From assembly GCA_963832635.1 (NCBI GenBank), contig CAWHVH010000014.1, positions 51,397 to 115,396 on the forward strand: a stretch of DNA of 64,000 nt, in the 5' to 3' direction. Position numbers and translations under genes: made by a program. The notes under the pieces are model-generated. The model made no database searches, was not told the DNA's origin, and saw nothing but the letters and a program-made list of their open reading frames with translations. The stretch is from Terriglobia bacterium. GTDB taxonomy: Bacteria > Acidobacteriota > Terriglobia > Terriglobales > Acidobacteriaceae. Below, piece after piece: positions 48,658 through 58,763 of this stretch (positions are counted from its first letter, which is position 1; the number at the start of each line of letters is the position of its first letter).

Positions 48658-50391
48658 ATGGCAACCACGGCACCCGTTCATTCGCACGCGGCTCCTCAGG
48701 GCTTCATCCGGAAATACATTTTCAGCCTCGATCACAAAGTCATCGGACTCCAGTATTACTTTCTCGCGCTCACGGCAGTGTTCGTCGGCATGTTCCTGTC
48801 GCTGCTGATGCGCATCCACCTGATCTGGCCAACGGCGTCGTTGCCCTTCATGGGCGAGATCAAGCCTGAAACCTATCTCAGCCTGCTCACCATGCACGGC
48901 ACCATCATGGTGTTCTTTGTTCTGACTACGGCGCCTCAAGGCGGCTTTGGAAACTATTTTCTGCCCATCCAGATCGGCGCGCCCGACATGGCGTTCCCCG
49001 TCCTGAACATGCTCTCGTTCTGGACGACCTTCGTCGGTTTCGTGGTCATCATCGCCGCCTTCTTCGTAACCGGTGGCGCTCCCCTGCACGGCTGGACCGG
49101 CTACGCCCCGCTCAGTGCCCTGACCAACTCAGGTCCGGGAGAACAACTCGGCGCCGACCTTTGGATCACCAGCATCGCCATCTTCTGCATCGCTTCGTTG
49201 ATGGGCGCTCTGAATTTCATCACCACCGTCCTCGACATGCGCTGCAAGGGTATGTCGATGATGCGCATGCCCCTGACCGTCTGGTCCTGGTTCATCACTG
49301 CGATTCTCGGCCTGCTGGCCTTCGGCGTATTGCTCTCGGCTGGAATCCTGCTGTTGATGGATCGTAACCTCGGCACCAGCTTCTATGTGCCATTGGTCGT
49401 CGTGAACGGCCAGGTGATGGGACACAAGGGCGGCTCGCCGCTGCTCTGGCAGCACCTGTTCTGGTTCTTCGGACATCCCGAGGTCTACATCGCCATTCTG
49501 CCCGGCATGGGTGTGGCTTCGCAGGTTCTGTCCACCTTCTCGCGCAAACCCATCTTCGGCTACAAGGCGATGGTGTATGCCATCATGGCCATCGGCTTCA
49601 TGGGATTCATGGTCTGGGGCCATCACATGTTTATGAGCGGCATGAGCCCCTACTCGGCTTTTGCCTTCTCGCTGATGACCATGGCCATCGGCGTTCCCTC
49701 CGCGATCAAAACCTTCAACTGGCTGGGAACGCTCTACAAGGGCCGAGTTCGCTTCCAGACGCCCATGTTGTTCGCCATCGGCTTTGTCTCTCTCTTCGTC
49801 TCTGGCGGATTGAGCGGACCCTTCCTCGCCCAGCCGATTCTGGATATCCCGCTTCATGACACGTATTTTGTCGTCGGTCATTTCCACCTCATCATGGGCG
49901 TGGCCGCGATCTTCGGCATTTTCGCCGCGACCTATTACTGGTTCCCTAAGATGTTCGGCCGCATGATGAGCGAAAGCCTGGGCCGCATCCACTTCTGGAT
50001 AACCCTCGTCGGCACCTACGCCATCTTCATGCCCATGCACTACCTCGGTCTGGCCGGCCACCCGCGGCGCTACTCACAGCTGACCGAAGTCGCCTATCTC
50101 CACAAGCTTCTCCCGCTTCAGACTTTCATGACCTATGCCGCGTTTATCACCATCGCGGTACAGTTCATCTTCCTCTTTAACTTGTTCTGGAGCATGTTCA
50201 AGGGACCCAAGGCGAGCGACAATCCCTGGGAGGCGACCACGCTCGAGTGGACCACCGCCACCCCGCCGCCCCACGACAACTTTGGAGGTCAAACCCCCGT
50301 GGTCTATCACGGCGCCTACGAGTACAGCGTGCCCGGCGCGCCGACTGACTTCACCATGCAAACCGATCCGACTCAGGTTCCGACGCATTAG
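48658..50391 (+). CDS. ctaD: Cytochrome c oxidase subunit I
   Basis: Haem-copper oxidase motifs (WFFGHPEVYI, MVWGHHMF, HDTYFVVGHFH). Confidence 0.95.
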   Translation: MATTAPVHSHAAPQGFIRKYIFSLDHKVIGLQYYFLALTAVFVGMFLSLLMRIHLIWPTASLPFMGEIKPETYLSLLTMHGTIMVFFVLTTAPQGGFGNYFLPIQIGAPDMAFPVLNMLSFWTTFVGFVVIIAAFFVTGGAPLHGWTGYAPLSALTNSGPGEQLGADLWITSIAIFCIASLMGALNFITTVLDMRCKGMSMMRMPLTVWSWFITAILGLLAFGVLLSAGILLLMDRNLGTSFYVPLVVVNGQVMGHKGGSPLLWQHLFWFFGHPEVYIAILPGMGVASQVLSTFSRKPIFGYKAMVYAIMAIGFMGFMVWGHHMFMSGMSPYSAFAFSLMTMAIGVPSAIKTFNWLGTLYKGRVRFQTPMLFAIGFVSLFVSGGLSGPFLAQPILDIPLHDTYFVVGHFHLIMGVAAIFGIFAATYYWFPKMFGRMMSESLGRIHFWITLVGTYAIFMPMHYLGLAGHPRRYSQLTEVAYLHKLLPLQTFMTYAAFITIAVQFIFLFNLFWSMFKGPKASDNPWEATTLEWTTATPPPHDNFGGQTPVVYHGAYEYSVPGAPTDFTMQTDPTQVPTH

Positions 50392-50399
50392 AAGAGAGT

Positions 50400-51152
50400 A
50401 TGGCGACCTTATCCCCGACAGTTTCGATCAAGGATTTGAAGACCGGCCAGGGTGGCCGCGGCGTCGAGCCGCCCGTCCCTGGCGGTGGCGGCGGCGACCC
50501 CTCTGGAAGTAACGGCTCTCCCAACTACGGAGAACGCCTGCGCCGGGTCCGGCTGGGCATGATCATCGGACTTACTTCCATCACCATGGTCTTCGTCTCG
50601 CTGACCAGCGCCCTGGTGGTGCGCCGCGGACTTCCCACCTTTGACGATCAGACCAGCAGCTACGTGCGCGACTGGCTGCAGGTAAGCCTTCCCTTCACGC
50701 TGTTGCTGATCAACACCATTGTTCTCTTAGTCAGCAGCGTAACCATGGAACTCGCGCGGCGGCAGATTACACGGCAAGCGGCACTCGCGCCGGTTCGTTC
50801 GATCCCTGGCGTTTCGATCGGCGAGGAGCGCACCTTCCCCTGGCTTGCGATCACGGCGGTTCTCGGGACCGGATTCCTGGTGGGGCAGTGGATGGCGTGG
50901 CGCGAACTGGCCGACCGCGGATTCTACCTTTCAACCAGTGCCAGTAGTTCGTTCGTTTATTTGCTGACCGGAGTGCATGCGGTTCACCTCATCGGCGGCG
51001 TGTTGGCCTTGCTCTACGCCGCGGCCGCGACCATGTTGTTCCATAAGCCGGTCGAGGCGCGCCGCATTGTGGTCGATGCCACCGCGTGGTATTGGCACTT
51101 CCTCGCGTTCTTGTGGATTTACATTTTTGCCCTGCTTGAGATTGCACGCTAG
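50400..51152 (+). CDS. ctaE: Cytochrome c oxidase subunit III family protein
   Basis: TM pattern and the C-terminal WYWHFLAFLWIYIF motif. Confidence 0.78.
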   Translation: MATLSPTVSIKDLKTGQGGRGVEPPVPGGGGGDPSGSNGSPNYGERLRRVRLGMIIGLTSITMVFVSLTSALVVRRGLPTFDDQTSSYVRDWLQVSLPFTLLLINTIVLLVSSVTMELARRQITRQAALAPVRSIPGVSIGEERTFPWLAITAVLGTGFLVGQWMAWRELADRGFYLSTSASSSFVYLLTGVHAVHLIGGVLALLYAAAATMLFHKPVEARRIVVDATAWYWHFLAFLWIYIFALLEIAR

Positions 51153-51173
51153 CTTAACGAGGAGACCGAACTC

Positions 51174-51932
51174 ATGTCCGATGTCGCGGTGCAACACGGG
51201 TTGGCGGATGTCTACGAGCCATCGCTGTTCGGCACCTACTCAAAAAAGATCGGGATGTGGCTCTTTCTGCTCTCCGATACCCTGACCTTCGGGGCGCTGC
51301 TATTCGCCTACAGTTACGGCCGCATTTCCAATCCCGACTGGCCGACTCCCTTCGGGAAAGAAAGCATCATCAATGCCACGGTGATGACCGGGTGCCTGCT
51401 CTCGAGTTCTCTGACCATGGTGCTCGCCGTACTCGCAGCCCGGCGCGGAGATCGCCCCTGGACGCGCAATTGGATTCTGTTCACCATGCTCTTCGGCTCG
51501 GCTTTCATCGTGTTGCACGGCATGGAATGGACCAAGCTGATCGGCGAGGGCATGACTCCCTTCAAGAACCCCTGGGCCGCCACCGTCCCGCAATTCGGCG
51601 GCACCTTCTTCACCCTCACGGGCATGCACATGCTGCACGTCACCATCGGGGTGATTTACCTGGGCGTCGTTGCACTGCGCAAGTGGTTCCTGCCGATCCT
51701 GCTCGCTCTGTGGCTGATCATCTGGCTGGCAACTCCCGCTGATAATGTCTTCCACTTCGGAGTGCATGCCCTGCTGATCGGCGCGATTATCGCGGCCGTA
51801 ATCCTGTTTCTCAAACCAAAAGACTACGACGCCCACGACGTCGAGATTGCCGGCTTGTACTGGCACTTCGTGGACCTGGTCTGGATGTTCATCTTCCCGC
51901 TGGTGTATCTGATGTCTACCAAAGTTGTGTAG
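51174..51932 (+). CDS. Second cytochrome c oxidase subunit III family protein
   Basis: FFTLTGMHMLHV and LYWHFVDLVWMFIF motifs. Confidence 0.7.
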   Translation: MSDVAVQHGLADVYEPSLFGTYSKKIGMWLFLLSDTLTFGALLFAYSYGRISNPDWPTPFGKESIINATVMTGCLLSSSLTMVLAVLAARRGDRPWTRNWILFTMLFGSAFIVLHGMEWTKLIGEGMTPFKNPWAATVPQFGGTFFTLTGMHMLHVTIGVIYLGVVALRKWFLPILLALWLIIWLATPADNVFHFGVHALLIGAIIAAVILFLKPKDYDAHDVEIAGLYWHFVDLVWMFIFPLVYLMSTKVV

Positions 51933-51959
51933 CTGGGATCTTGCGTCACGGGAGACGAT

Positions 51960-52271
51960 ATGCACGACGTTGCGATTACGCACGATGAAGGCAAAGGCCA
52001 GTATCTGTGGGTCTGGGGCGCGCTGCTCCTGTTGACTGCGCTGGAAGTCGGCCTGGCTTATAACCAGGTGTTTGAGCCGCTTCACATGTTGGAAGCGCTC
52101 ATGATCCTTTCCATCATCAAGTCGGCGCTGATCATCGGTTGGTTCATGCACTTGAAGTATGAGATCGCGGTCATGAAATGGGTTATGATGGTCGCCGTTT
52201 GCCTTTGCCTCTGTCTCATGTGTGTCTTCTTCGCCGACGCAGATCGCATTCTCCACTTGGGAGTGAAATGA
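51960..52271 (+). CDS. Prokaryotic cytochrome c oxidase subunit IV family protein
   Basis: 103 aa, three TM helices, IIKSALIIGWFMHLKYE motif. Confidence 0.6.
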   Translation: MHDVAITHDEGKGQYLWVWGALLLLTALEVGLAYNQVFEPLHMLEALMILSIIKSALIIGWFMHLKYEIAVMKWVMMVAVCLCLCLMCVFFADADRILHLGVK

Positions 52272-52501
52272 AGCTTCGCCTGGCCATCCTCGTCGCCTTT
52301 CTCGCGCTCTGGGCGGCTCCTGCCTTCGCGCAGGGCTGCGCCATGTGCTACAGCACCGTGGGCGCCGCGCCGAAGGAAGGACAACGCGCCATCGGTCGCG
52401 GAGTTCTCGTACTCCTGCTCCCTCCTGTGGGGTTCATGACCATCGGCGTCGCCATGGCCTTCCGCTACGGCAAACGCCGCGATCAGGAACAAGGCTTCTA
52501 G
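52268..52501 (+). CDS. Small hypothetical membrane protein with CxxC (77 aa), coupled to the oxidase operon
   Basis: The ATG overlaps the subunit IV stop (ATGA). Signal peptide, GCAMCY motif, and a C-terminal TM helix with a basic tail. Confidence 0.45.
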   Translation: MKLRLAILVAFLALWAAPAFAQGCAMCYSTVGAAPKEGQRAIGRGVLVLLLPPVGFMTIGVAMAFRYGKRRDQEQGF

Positions 52502-52617
52502 CTCCCGCCCCCCGACCCAAAGCATCCCCTCCGTTTGTTTTATAATAGAAAGATTCTGTAGCCCCTCGCGGGCCTCTCTGGGGGACCGGCCATGGGACTG
52601 CAGGGGTCCCTTTACTG

Positions 52618-55587
52618 ATGTCGACGGAAACCATAGTTGTTCGCGGCGCGCGGGTCCACAACCTCAAAAACATTGATTTTGAAATCCCGCATAATTCGCT
52701 GACGGTTGTCACCGGGGTCTCCGGATCCGGCAAGTCGTCCCTCGCCTTCGATACCATCTACGCCGAAGGCCAGCGCCGCTACGTAGAGTCCCTCTCCGCC
52801 TACGCCCGGCAGTTCCTGGAGCGCATCGAAAAGCCGGATGCCGATGTCATCGATGGCATCGCCCCGGCAGTTGCGATCCGCCAGAAGAATACGACCCGGA
52901 ATCCCCGCTCGACGGTCGCGACGGCCACCGAGATTTACGACTACCTGCGGCTGCTCTTTGCTCGCGTGGGACGAACCTATTGTCTGCGGTGTGGAAACGA
53001 AGTCAAGAAGGACACCGTGGATGAAGTCACCGAGCGCATGCTGGCATTGGGTGAAGGCACGCGCTTGAACGTTTTTTTCCCCCTGCAAGGCTCGACGCCG
53101 CCTGCGGCTACGGCCAAAAAAAAGAAGGCAAGGAAAACCGGCGCCAGTGCCGCGGCGGCAACCGCACGGGCCATGCGTGCGCGCCCCACTGGAATCGATA
53201 CCGCCGACGACTTGCTCAAGACGCGTCTGTTTGACTTGCGCACCCGCGGCTTCAACCGGCTGTATCAAGACGGGCGCATCTTCGAGTTTTCGACACCCGA
53301 ATCCCTGCTGGATGTGAACTTTGCCGAGCCGGTGTCCGTCCTTGTGGATCGTCTCGTGATCTCGCCCGACGTGCGCCCGCGCGTCGTCGATGCCATCGAG
53401 ATCGGCTATCGCGAGGCCGGAGAGGTGATCTTCGAAACGGTTCCCCGGGACGACGCCCCTGCGCAGCGCCTCCGCTTCTCGCAACGCTTTGAGTGCAAGA
53501 ACTGCGGCATCCGTTACGAAGAACCTGAACCTCATCTGTTCTCGTTCAACAATCCCTATGGCGCGTGCCCGCGTTGCCAGGGGTTTGGGAACACCATCGA
53601 CTTCGATCTCGATCTGGTGATTCCTGACAAATCGAAGACGTTGAACGAAGGGGCAATCGAGCCATGGACGAAGCCCAAATACCGCCCTCTATTCACCGAA
53701 CTCAAACGCTTTGCCCGGCAGGCGGAGATTCCGCTGGATGTTCCCTGGGCGGAACTGGAGTCCGAGCACCGGCAACTAATCATTGAGGGCGAAGGGCGAT
53801 TCGGCGGAGTTCGAGGCTTCTTTAAGCATCTGGAGCGCAAGAAATACAAGCTGCACGTGCGCGTCTTTCTCAGCCGCTACCGCGGATACTCTCTCTGTTC
53901 CACCTGTGGCGGCGCCCGCTTGCGGCCGGAGGCACAACAGGTGAAGATCGATGGCAAAAACATCTGTGAAATTACCGGCATGACGGTCGAGGAGGCCTCC
54001 CGGTTCTTTGCCCAGGTGAAGCTCACCGAACAGCAGGCGGCCATCGCCGAGAAACTACTGGTCGAAATTCAGGAGCGCCTGCGTTTTCTGAACGAAGTCG
54101 GCCTGGAGTACCTCACCCTCGACCGCCTTTCCTCCACACTCTCCGGAGGAGAAGCGCAGCGCATCCAGCTGGCAACGTCTCTGGGATCGCGTCTGGTGGG
54201 GACGCTGTATGTCCTCGACGAGCCCTCAATTGGCCTGCACGCCCGCGATACCCATCGCCTGATCAAGATCCTCCACAACTTGCGTGATCTGGGAAACACG
54301 ATCCTCGTCGTCGAACACGATCCCGACGTGATGCGCGCATCCGACCGCATCCTCGATCTCGGACCTGGAGCTGGTGAGAACGGTGGGAAGGTGATTGCCA
54401 CCGGCACCTACGAAGGCATCAAGCATAACCCAGCTTCGCTGACCGGCCGCTATCTCTCCCAGGAGCTGCGGATCCAACTCCCGAATGCCCGGCGTCCGCG
54501 CGGCTCGCAGGAGATCAAAATCTTCGGCGCACGCGCCCACAACCTCAAGCATCTGGACTTATCGATTCCCCTCGGAATGATCGTGGCCATCACCGGCGTA
54601 TCCGGCTCGGGCAAATCGTCTCTGGTCCACGATGTGATTTATCAGGCATTGAGCGCCGCGAAACGTCAGAGCAACGGCACCGCGCCCCCTGCTCCCCACT
54701 GGGACCGCATCGAAGGAGCGGACTACATCGACGACGTGGTGCTGGTCGACCAGTCCCCGATCGGCCGAACGCCCCGTTCGAACCCCGTCACCTACATCAA
54801 AGCCTTCGATGGGATCCGCGACCTCTTCGCTTCCCTGCCCGAATCGCACAAACGCGGCTTCTCCGCCGGACATTTCTCCTTCAATATTCCCGGCGGCCGC
54901 TGCGAAACCTGCCAGGGCGACGGCACGGTCACGGTCGAAATGCAGTTCCTGGCCGATGTGGAACTGATTTGCGAGGAGTGCAAAGGCACCCGCTACAAGC
55001 CGCAGGTGCTGGAGGTCCGGTTCCACGGCAAGAACATTCACGAAGTGTTGAATCTTACCGTCAAAGAGGCGCTGCACTTCTTCGCCGGAGTGCCCAAGAT
55101 CGTCGACAAGCTGAGAGTGTTGGAGGAAGTCGGCCTGGGCTACCTGCGGCTGGGGCAATCCGCGACCACGCTCTCGGGCGGTGAAGCTCAGCGCATGAAA
55201 CTCGCTGCCCATCTCCAGCCGGCCTCCCGCGATATCGGTCGGCCCTCGCATTCCCCGGGAGAGGCACGCCGCCGGATTCGTACCCTTTACATCTTCGATG
55301 AGCCCACCACCGGACTGCATTTCGACGACGTCAGCAAACTGCTCTACGCCTTCCGTCGCCTCATCGATGCCGGTGGCTCCATCCTCGTCATCGAGCATAA
55401 TCTGGAAGTGATCAAGACCGCCGACTGGGTCATTGACTTGGGCCCCGAAGGCGGGGACAAGGGCGGCTACATGGTCGGCCAGGGCACTCCGGAAGCCATC
55501 GCGAAGCTGCCCAATTCCTACACTGGAAAATTTCTGGGGCATCTTCTGAACGGAAACGGGTCGTCGCGCAGCAATGGCCGCAAATAA
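52618..55587 (+). CDS. uvrA: Excinuclease ABC subunit A
   Basis: Two ABC ATPase modules (GVSGSGKSS twice, LSGGEAQR twice) and zinc-finger cysteines ([16 protein letters not shown]). Confidence 0.95.
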   Translation: MSTETIVVRGARVHNLKNIDFEIPHNSLTVVTGVSGSGKSSLAFDTIYAEGQRRYVESLSAYARQFLERIEKPDADVIDGIAPAVAIRQKNTTRNPRSTVATATEIYDYLRLLFARVGRTYCLRCGNEVKKDTVDEVTERMLALGEGTRLNVFFPLQGSTPPAATAKKKKARKTGASAAAATARAMRARPTGIDTADDLLKTRLFDLRTRGFNRLYQDGRIFEFSTPESLLDVNFAEPVSVLVDRLVISPDVRPRVVDAIEIGYREAGEVIFETVPRDDAPAQRLRFSQRFECKNCGIRYEEPEPHLFSFNNPYGACPRCQGFGNTIDFDLDLVIPDKSKTLNEGAIEPWTKPKYRPLFTELKRFARQAEIPLDVPWAELESEHRQLIIEGEGRFGGVRGFFKHLERKKYKLHVRVFLSRYRGYSLCSTCGGARLRPEAQQVKIDGKNICEITGMTVEEASRFFAQVKLTEQQAAIAEKLLVEIQERLRFLNEVGLEYLTLDRLSSTLSGGEAQRIQLATSLGSRLVGTLYVLDEPSIGLHARDTHRLIKILHNLRDLGNTILVVEHDPDVMRASDRILDLGPGAGENGGKVIATGTYEGIKHNPASLTGRYLSQELRIQLPNARRPRGSQEIKIFGARAHNLKHLDLSIPLGMIVAITGVSGSGKSSLVHDVIYQALSAAKRQSNGTAPPAPHWDRIEGADYIDDVVLVDQSPIGRTPRSNPVTYIKAFDGIRDLFASLPESHKRGFSAGHFSFNIPGGRCETCQGDGTVTVEMQFLADVELICEECKGTRYKPQVLEVRFHGKNIHEVLNLTVKEALHFFAGVPKIVDKLRVLEEVGLGYLRLGQSATTLSGGEAQRMKLAAHLQPASRDIGRPSHSPGEARRRIRTLYIFDEPTTGLHFDDVSKLLYAFRRLIDAGGSILVIEHNLEVIKTADWVIDLGPEGGDKGGYMVGQGTPEAIAKLPNSYTGKFLGHLLNGNGSSRSNGRK

Positions 55588-56891
55588 GCATCTCGTGGGC
55601 ATCGTGATTCTTGGCCTCGGCGTGGCCGCAGCCCAGGCGCAATACTCCGGCCAGACCGTCCGCCACCACAAGATCGCCACAGTCGACTCGTCGCAACCTC
55701 CTGAACTGACCGCAGCCGAAGCTTCCATCGAAAAAAAAGATTACCCCGCGGCGGAACCGCTGTTAAAGAAAGTCGTAGCTGCGGATCCCACGAACTACGC
55801 CGCCTGGTTCGATCTCGGATTCATCTACAACGCGCTCGGCCACTCCGACGAATCGATTGCGGCTTATCGCAAGTCCGTCGCGGCTAAGCCCGATGTCTTC
55901 GAGTCCAACCTGAACCTGGGATTGATGCTGGCCCGCGCTAACCAGCCCGACGCCGAGCAGTTTCTGCGAGCGGCCACCAAGCTGACGCCTACCGCCAATG
56001 TAAATGATGGGCAAGCCCGCGCATGGGTGTCGCTGGCCCACGTGCTCGCTCCCTCGAAACCGGATGAAGCCATCCAGGCCTATCGTCAAGCCGCCGTGCT
56101 TCAGCCCAAAGATCCCGAGCCGCACCTGGCATGCGGTCTTCTGTTCGAAAAACAGAATCAGTTCGCGGACGCCACCGAAGAATACAAAGCAGGCCCTCGC
56201 GCTCGATCCCGATTCCAGCGATGCTCTCACCGGCTTGGCCAATATCTACACCCGCGGGCAACGCTTCTCCGACGCCGAGGGAGTCCTGCGCCAGCTCGTG
56301 GCTCTGCATCCGGAGGATGCCGGGGCCCACATGCAGTTGGGACGCATGCTGGCAGCCGCGGGCAACAACGATGCCGCTATCGCCGAACTGCAAACCGCGG
56401 TCAAGTTGGCTCCGAGCGACGCCGGCGCGCAGCGCGACCTTGCCGACCTCTACGCCAACACTAAGAAGTTTGACCTGGCGGTAGGCCGGTATCGAGCCCT
56501 CCTCACCGCCAACCCCAAGGACGCGGAGTTGCATCAGAGGCTCGGCAATGCCTTCCTGGAACTGAGGAAGTTCCCCGAGGCGCAACAGGAATTCTGGATT
56601 GCGGTGCATCTCAAGCCGGATTTCGGCTTGGCCTGGGGCCAGTTGGCGGTGGCCGCCGATGAAAATAAGAACTACCCCCTGGCCATCCTGGCCCTCGATA
56701 CCCGGGCTAAGTACTTGCCGGAAATGCCGGTTGGCTATTTTCTTCGCGCTACGGCGTATGACCACTTGCGCGATTACCAGAAAGCGTCAGAGAATTACCA
56801 TCGGTTTCTTGAGGTCGCGAATGGGCAGTTTCCCGACCAGGAGTGGCAGGCACGCCATCGCCTGATCGCGATTGAGCCCAAGAAAAAGTGA
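55574..56891 (+). pseudogene. Secreted TPR-repeat protein, frame broken by an apparent 1-nt insertion
   Basis: ORFs 55574..56464 and 56004..56891 both encode TPR repeats. They join at ..ATEEYK / QALALDPDSS.. at the A3 run at 56186-56188. Confidence 0.62.
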
Positions 56892-56898
56892 AGCCACG

Positions 56899-57339
56899 AT
56901 GCGCCGGACGGCCATCATCTTCGTGCCTGTGATTCTGACACTGCTCGCAGCGTCCGCAGCGAAAGACGAGTCTGTGCCCGAGTTGGTCGCCCGCGCCGAA
57001 ACCGCCCGCCTGCAGGACCGCCCAAAGCTCTACACCGAAATCGCCGAGCGCGAACTCGAGGCCGCCGACCAGTTCTATAACCAAGGCAAAGTCAATCAGG
57101 CGCAAGCGGCTGTGAGTGATGTCGTGAGCTATTCCGATAAGGCTTCCGACGCCGCGTCGAAGACAGGGAAGAAACTCAAGAACACTGAAATCGCCGTGCG
57201 CAAGATGGCGGAGAAGCTTCGCGATATCAAGCGCAGCCTCGCTTTCGAGGATCAGGCTCCGGTACAAACCGCCATTGAGCACATGGAAAACCTGCGCACC
57301 AAACTGCTAAACCGGATGTTTGGCATAGGTGCCAGATGA
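56899..57339 (+). CDS. Hypothetical secreted helical protein
   Basis: Signal peptide (MRRTAIIFVPVILTLLAASAA). No family recognised. Confidence 0.45.
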   Translation: MRRTAIIFVPVILTLLAASAAKDESVPELVARAETARLQDRPKLYTEIAERELEAADQFYNQGKVNQAQAAVSDVVSYSDKASDAASKTGKKLKNTEIAVRKMAEKLRDIKRSLAFEDQAPVQTAIEHMENLRTKLLNRMFGIGAR

Positions 57340-57875
57340 CCGCTTCGTGGAAGGGCGCTCTTGCCTGCGTGTTCTTCTTGGTGTCCCTTTGGCCGTCAAC
57401 TGCGCAAGCACGCCACGACCCCTTGACCCCCATCGAAATCGATCAACTGCGTGACGCCGCGCAAGATCCGGGACAAAGGTTAAAGTTGCTCATTACCTTC
57501 GCCCGGGCTCGCCTGGACGCCGTTGAGAAAGCGCACGCCGACCCCAAGGCAACCGCTCGCGGCCAGCAGACCCACGACCGGCTGCAGGATTTCCTCGATG
57601 TCTACGACGAACTGGACGACAACATCGACATGTTCACCGATCGCAGCGCCGATCTCCGCAAGCCTCTCAAAAATATTCTCGAAGCCGACACCGAGTTTCA
57701 GGCCAAGCTTCGTGCGCTCAAGCAGTCGGCTACTGCAACCCCCGAGGAATTCACTCAGTACGAACTCCTGCTGGCTAACGTGCTCGACACTCTCGACGAC
57801 AGCAGCCAGGACCACCGCCAGTTACTGACCGAACAGGAAGAAGCTGCCAAGCATAAGAAGCCGTCCAAACCTTGA
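57336..57875 (+). CDS. Hypothetical secreted helical protein
   Basis: Signal peptide. Overlaps the upstream stop (ATGA). No family recognised. Confidence 0.45.
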   Translation: MTASWKGALACVFFLVSLWPSTAQARHDPLTPIEIDQLRDAAQDPGQRLKLLITFARARLDAVEKAHADPKATARGQQTHDRLQDFLDVYDELDDNIDMFTDRSADLRKPLKNILEADTEFQAKLRALKQSATATPEEFTQYELLLANVLDTLDDSSQDHRQLLTEQEEAAKHKKPSKP

Positions 57876-57921
57876 TCCCCTTTGCGGCAAGCGATGAGTC
57901 TCGTGCTAATCTAGCCCCAAG

Positions 57922-58608
57922 GTGAGCGACAGGCTTCTTCAATTCTTCCACGAAAGCTATCGTGAACTGCGCCCGCACGCGCCCATCCCTGAGTTGACCG
58001 TGGAATTCTTCGCCTTCGCCAACCTGAACAACACCATTCGCCTGCGCGAGGGCAAACTGCTGGTGCGCCTTTCCGATCTACTGGAAGGCGCTCCGGAACC
58101 GGTGCTGCGCTCCATCGCCCACATCCTCCTGGCCAAGATGTATCGCAAACCGGTCGAGCGCAGCCACTCCACGCGCTATCGCCGCTATGTCTCTGGCCAC
58201 GATATCGTGGCGAAGGCGCATTTGGTCCGGCAGCTGCGCGGGCGCAAACGGATCGCCTCCGCCCGCGGCAGGACTTACGACCTGGAACAAGTTTTTGAAG
58301 AATTAAACCGGCGTTTTTTCCACGGCCTGCTCGCCCGCCCGCAGATGAGCTGGAGCCGCGACCATGCACGCAACAGTCTCGGGCACTACGATCCCGCGCA
58401 CAACGCCATTGTGGTCAGCCGGGTATTCGACCATCCCCGGGTTCCCCGCTGCGCCGTCGAGTACATCGTCTACCACGAGATGCTGCACCTGAAGCATCCG
58501 GTGAAATTGCGCGGCAGCCGCCGCTGCGTGCACTCCGCCGAGTTCCAGGCAGAGGAGAAAATGTTTCCCGAGCTCGAGCCCGCCAAGCGCTTCCTGCGGC
58601 AACTCTAA
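57922..58608 (+). CDS. Zinc metallopeptidase-like protein (YgjP/DUF45 or SprT-like, HExxH)
   Basis: HEMLH motif (YIVYHEMLHLKHP) followed by HSAEF. GTG start. Confidence 0.55.
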   Translation: MSDRLLQFFHESYRELRPHAPIPELTVEFFAFANLNNTIRLREGKLLVRLSDLLEGAPEPVLRSIAHILLAKMYRKPVERSHSTRYRRYVSGHDIVAKAHLVRQLRGRKRIASARGRTYDLEQVFEELNRRFFHGLLARPQMSWSRDHARNSLGHYDPAHNAIVVSRVFDHPRVPRCAVEYIVYHEMLHLKHPVKLRGSRRCVHSAEFQAEEKMFPELEPAKRFLRQL

Positions 58609-58717
58609 CCGCCGCAACTCGCGGTTCAACCCCTCCAGAACCCCGTGTGATGCAAATCACGTTCAGTTGTGACGCTGTGCGTTGACGCTGGCGGCGCGGG
58701 AAGACTATCCTATATAG

Positions 58718-58746
58718 TTGAAATTGAAATTCATTTTCAAAATCAT
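58718..58746. promoter_or_regulatory. AT-rich Fur-box-like hexamer array / palindrome upstream of the FTR1 operon
   Basis: TTGAAA TTGAAA TTCAT TTTCAA AATCAT. TTGAAA-5 nt-TTTCAA is a perfect inverted repeat. Read as GAAATT GAAATT CATTTT C, it matches about 14 of 19 positions of the classic Fur box GATAATGATAATCATTATC. It lies 18 nt upstream of the ATG. Confidence 0.45.
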
Positions 58747-58763
58747 AGAGGGCCGTTCCTGAC

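Noticed and set aside
47737-49089. A 450-aa ORF on the minus strand, opposite coxB/ctaD. Similar long antisense ORFs occur at 49129-50061 and 51300-52256.
   Set aside because: These are shadow ORFs, typical of GC-rich DNA. They lie fully antisense to strongly conserved oxidase genes, have Arg/Gly/His-rich low-complexity translations, and show no recognisable motif.
52502-52617. An SOS (LexA) box upstream of uvrA.
   Set aside because: I found no GTTC-N7-GTTC direct repeat (the type I recall for Acidobacterium/Alphaproteobacteria LexA) and no CTGT-N8-ACAG palindrome. Only a TATAAT-like hexamer (52543-52548) and a GC hairpin are present, which is too weak to call.
54559-55728. A 389-aa minus-strand ORF inside uvrA. 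Comparable antisense ORFs occur at 52612-53535, 28904-29974, 44243-45277 and 45443-46243.
   Set aside because: All are antisense to well-supported genes and lack motifs. They are a GC-rich frame artefact.
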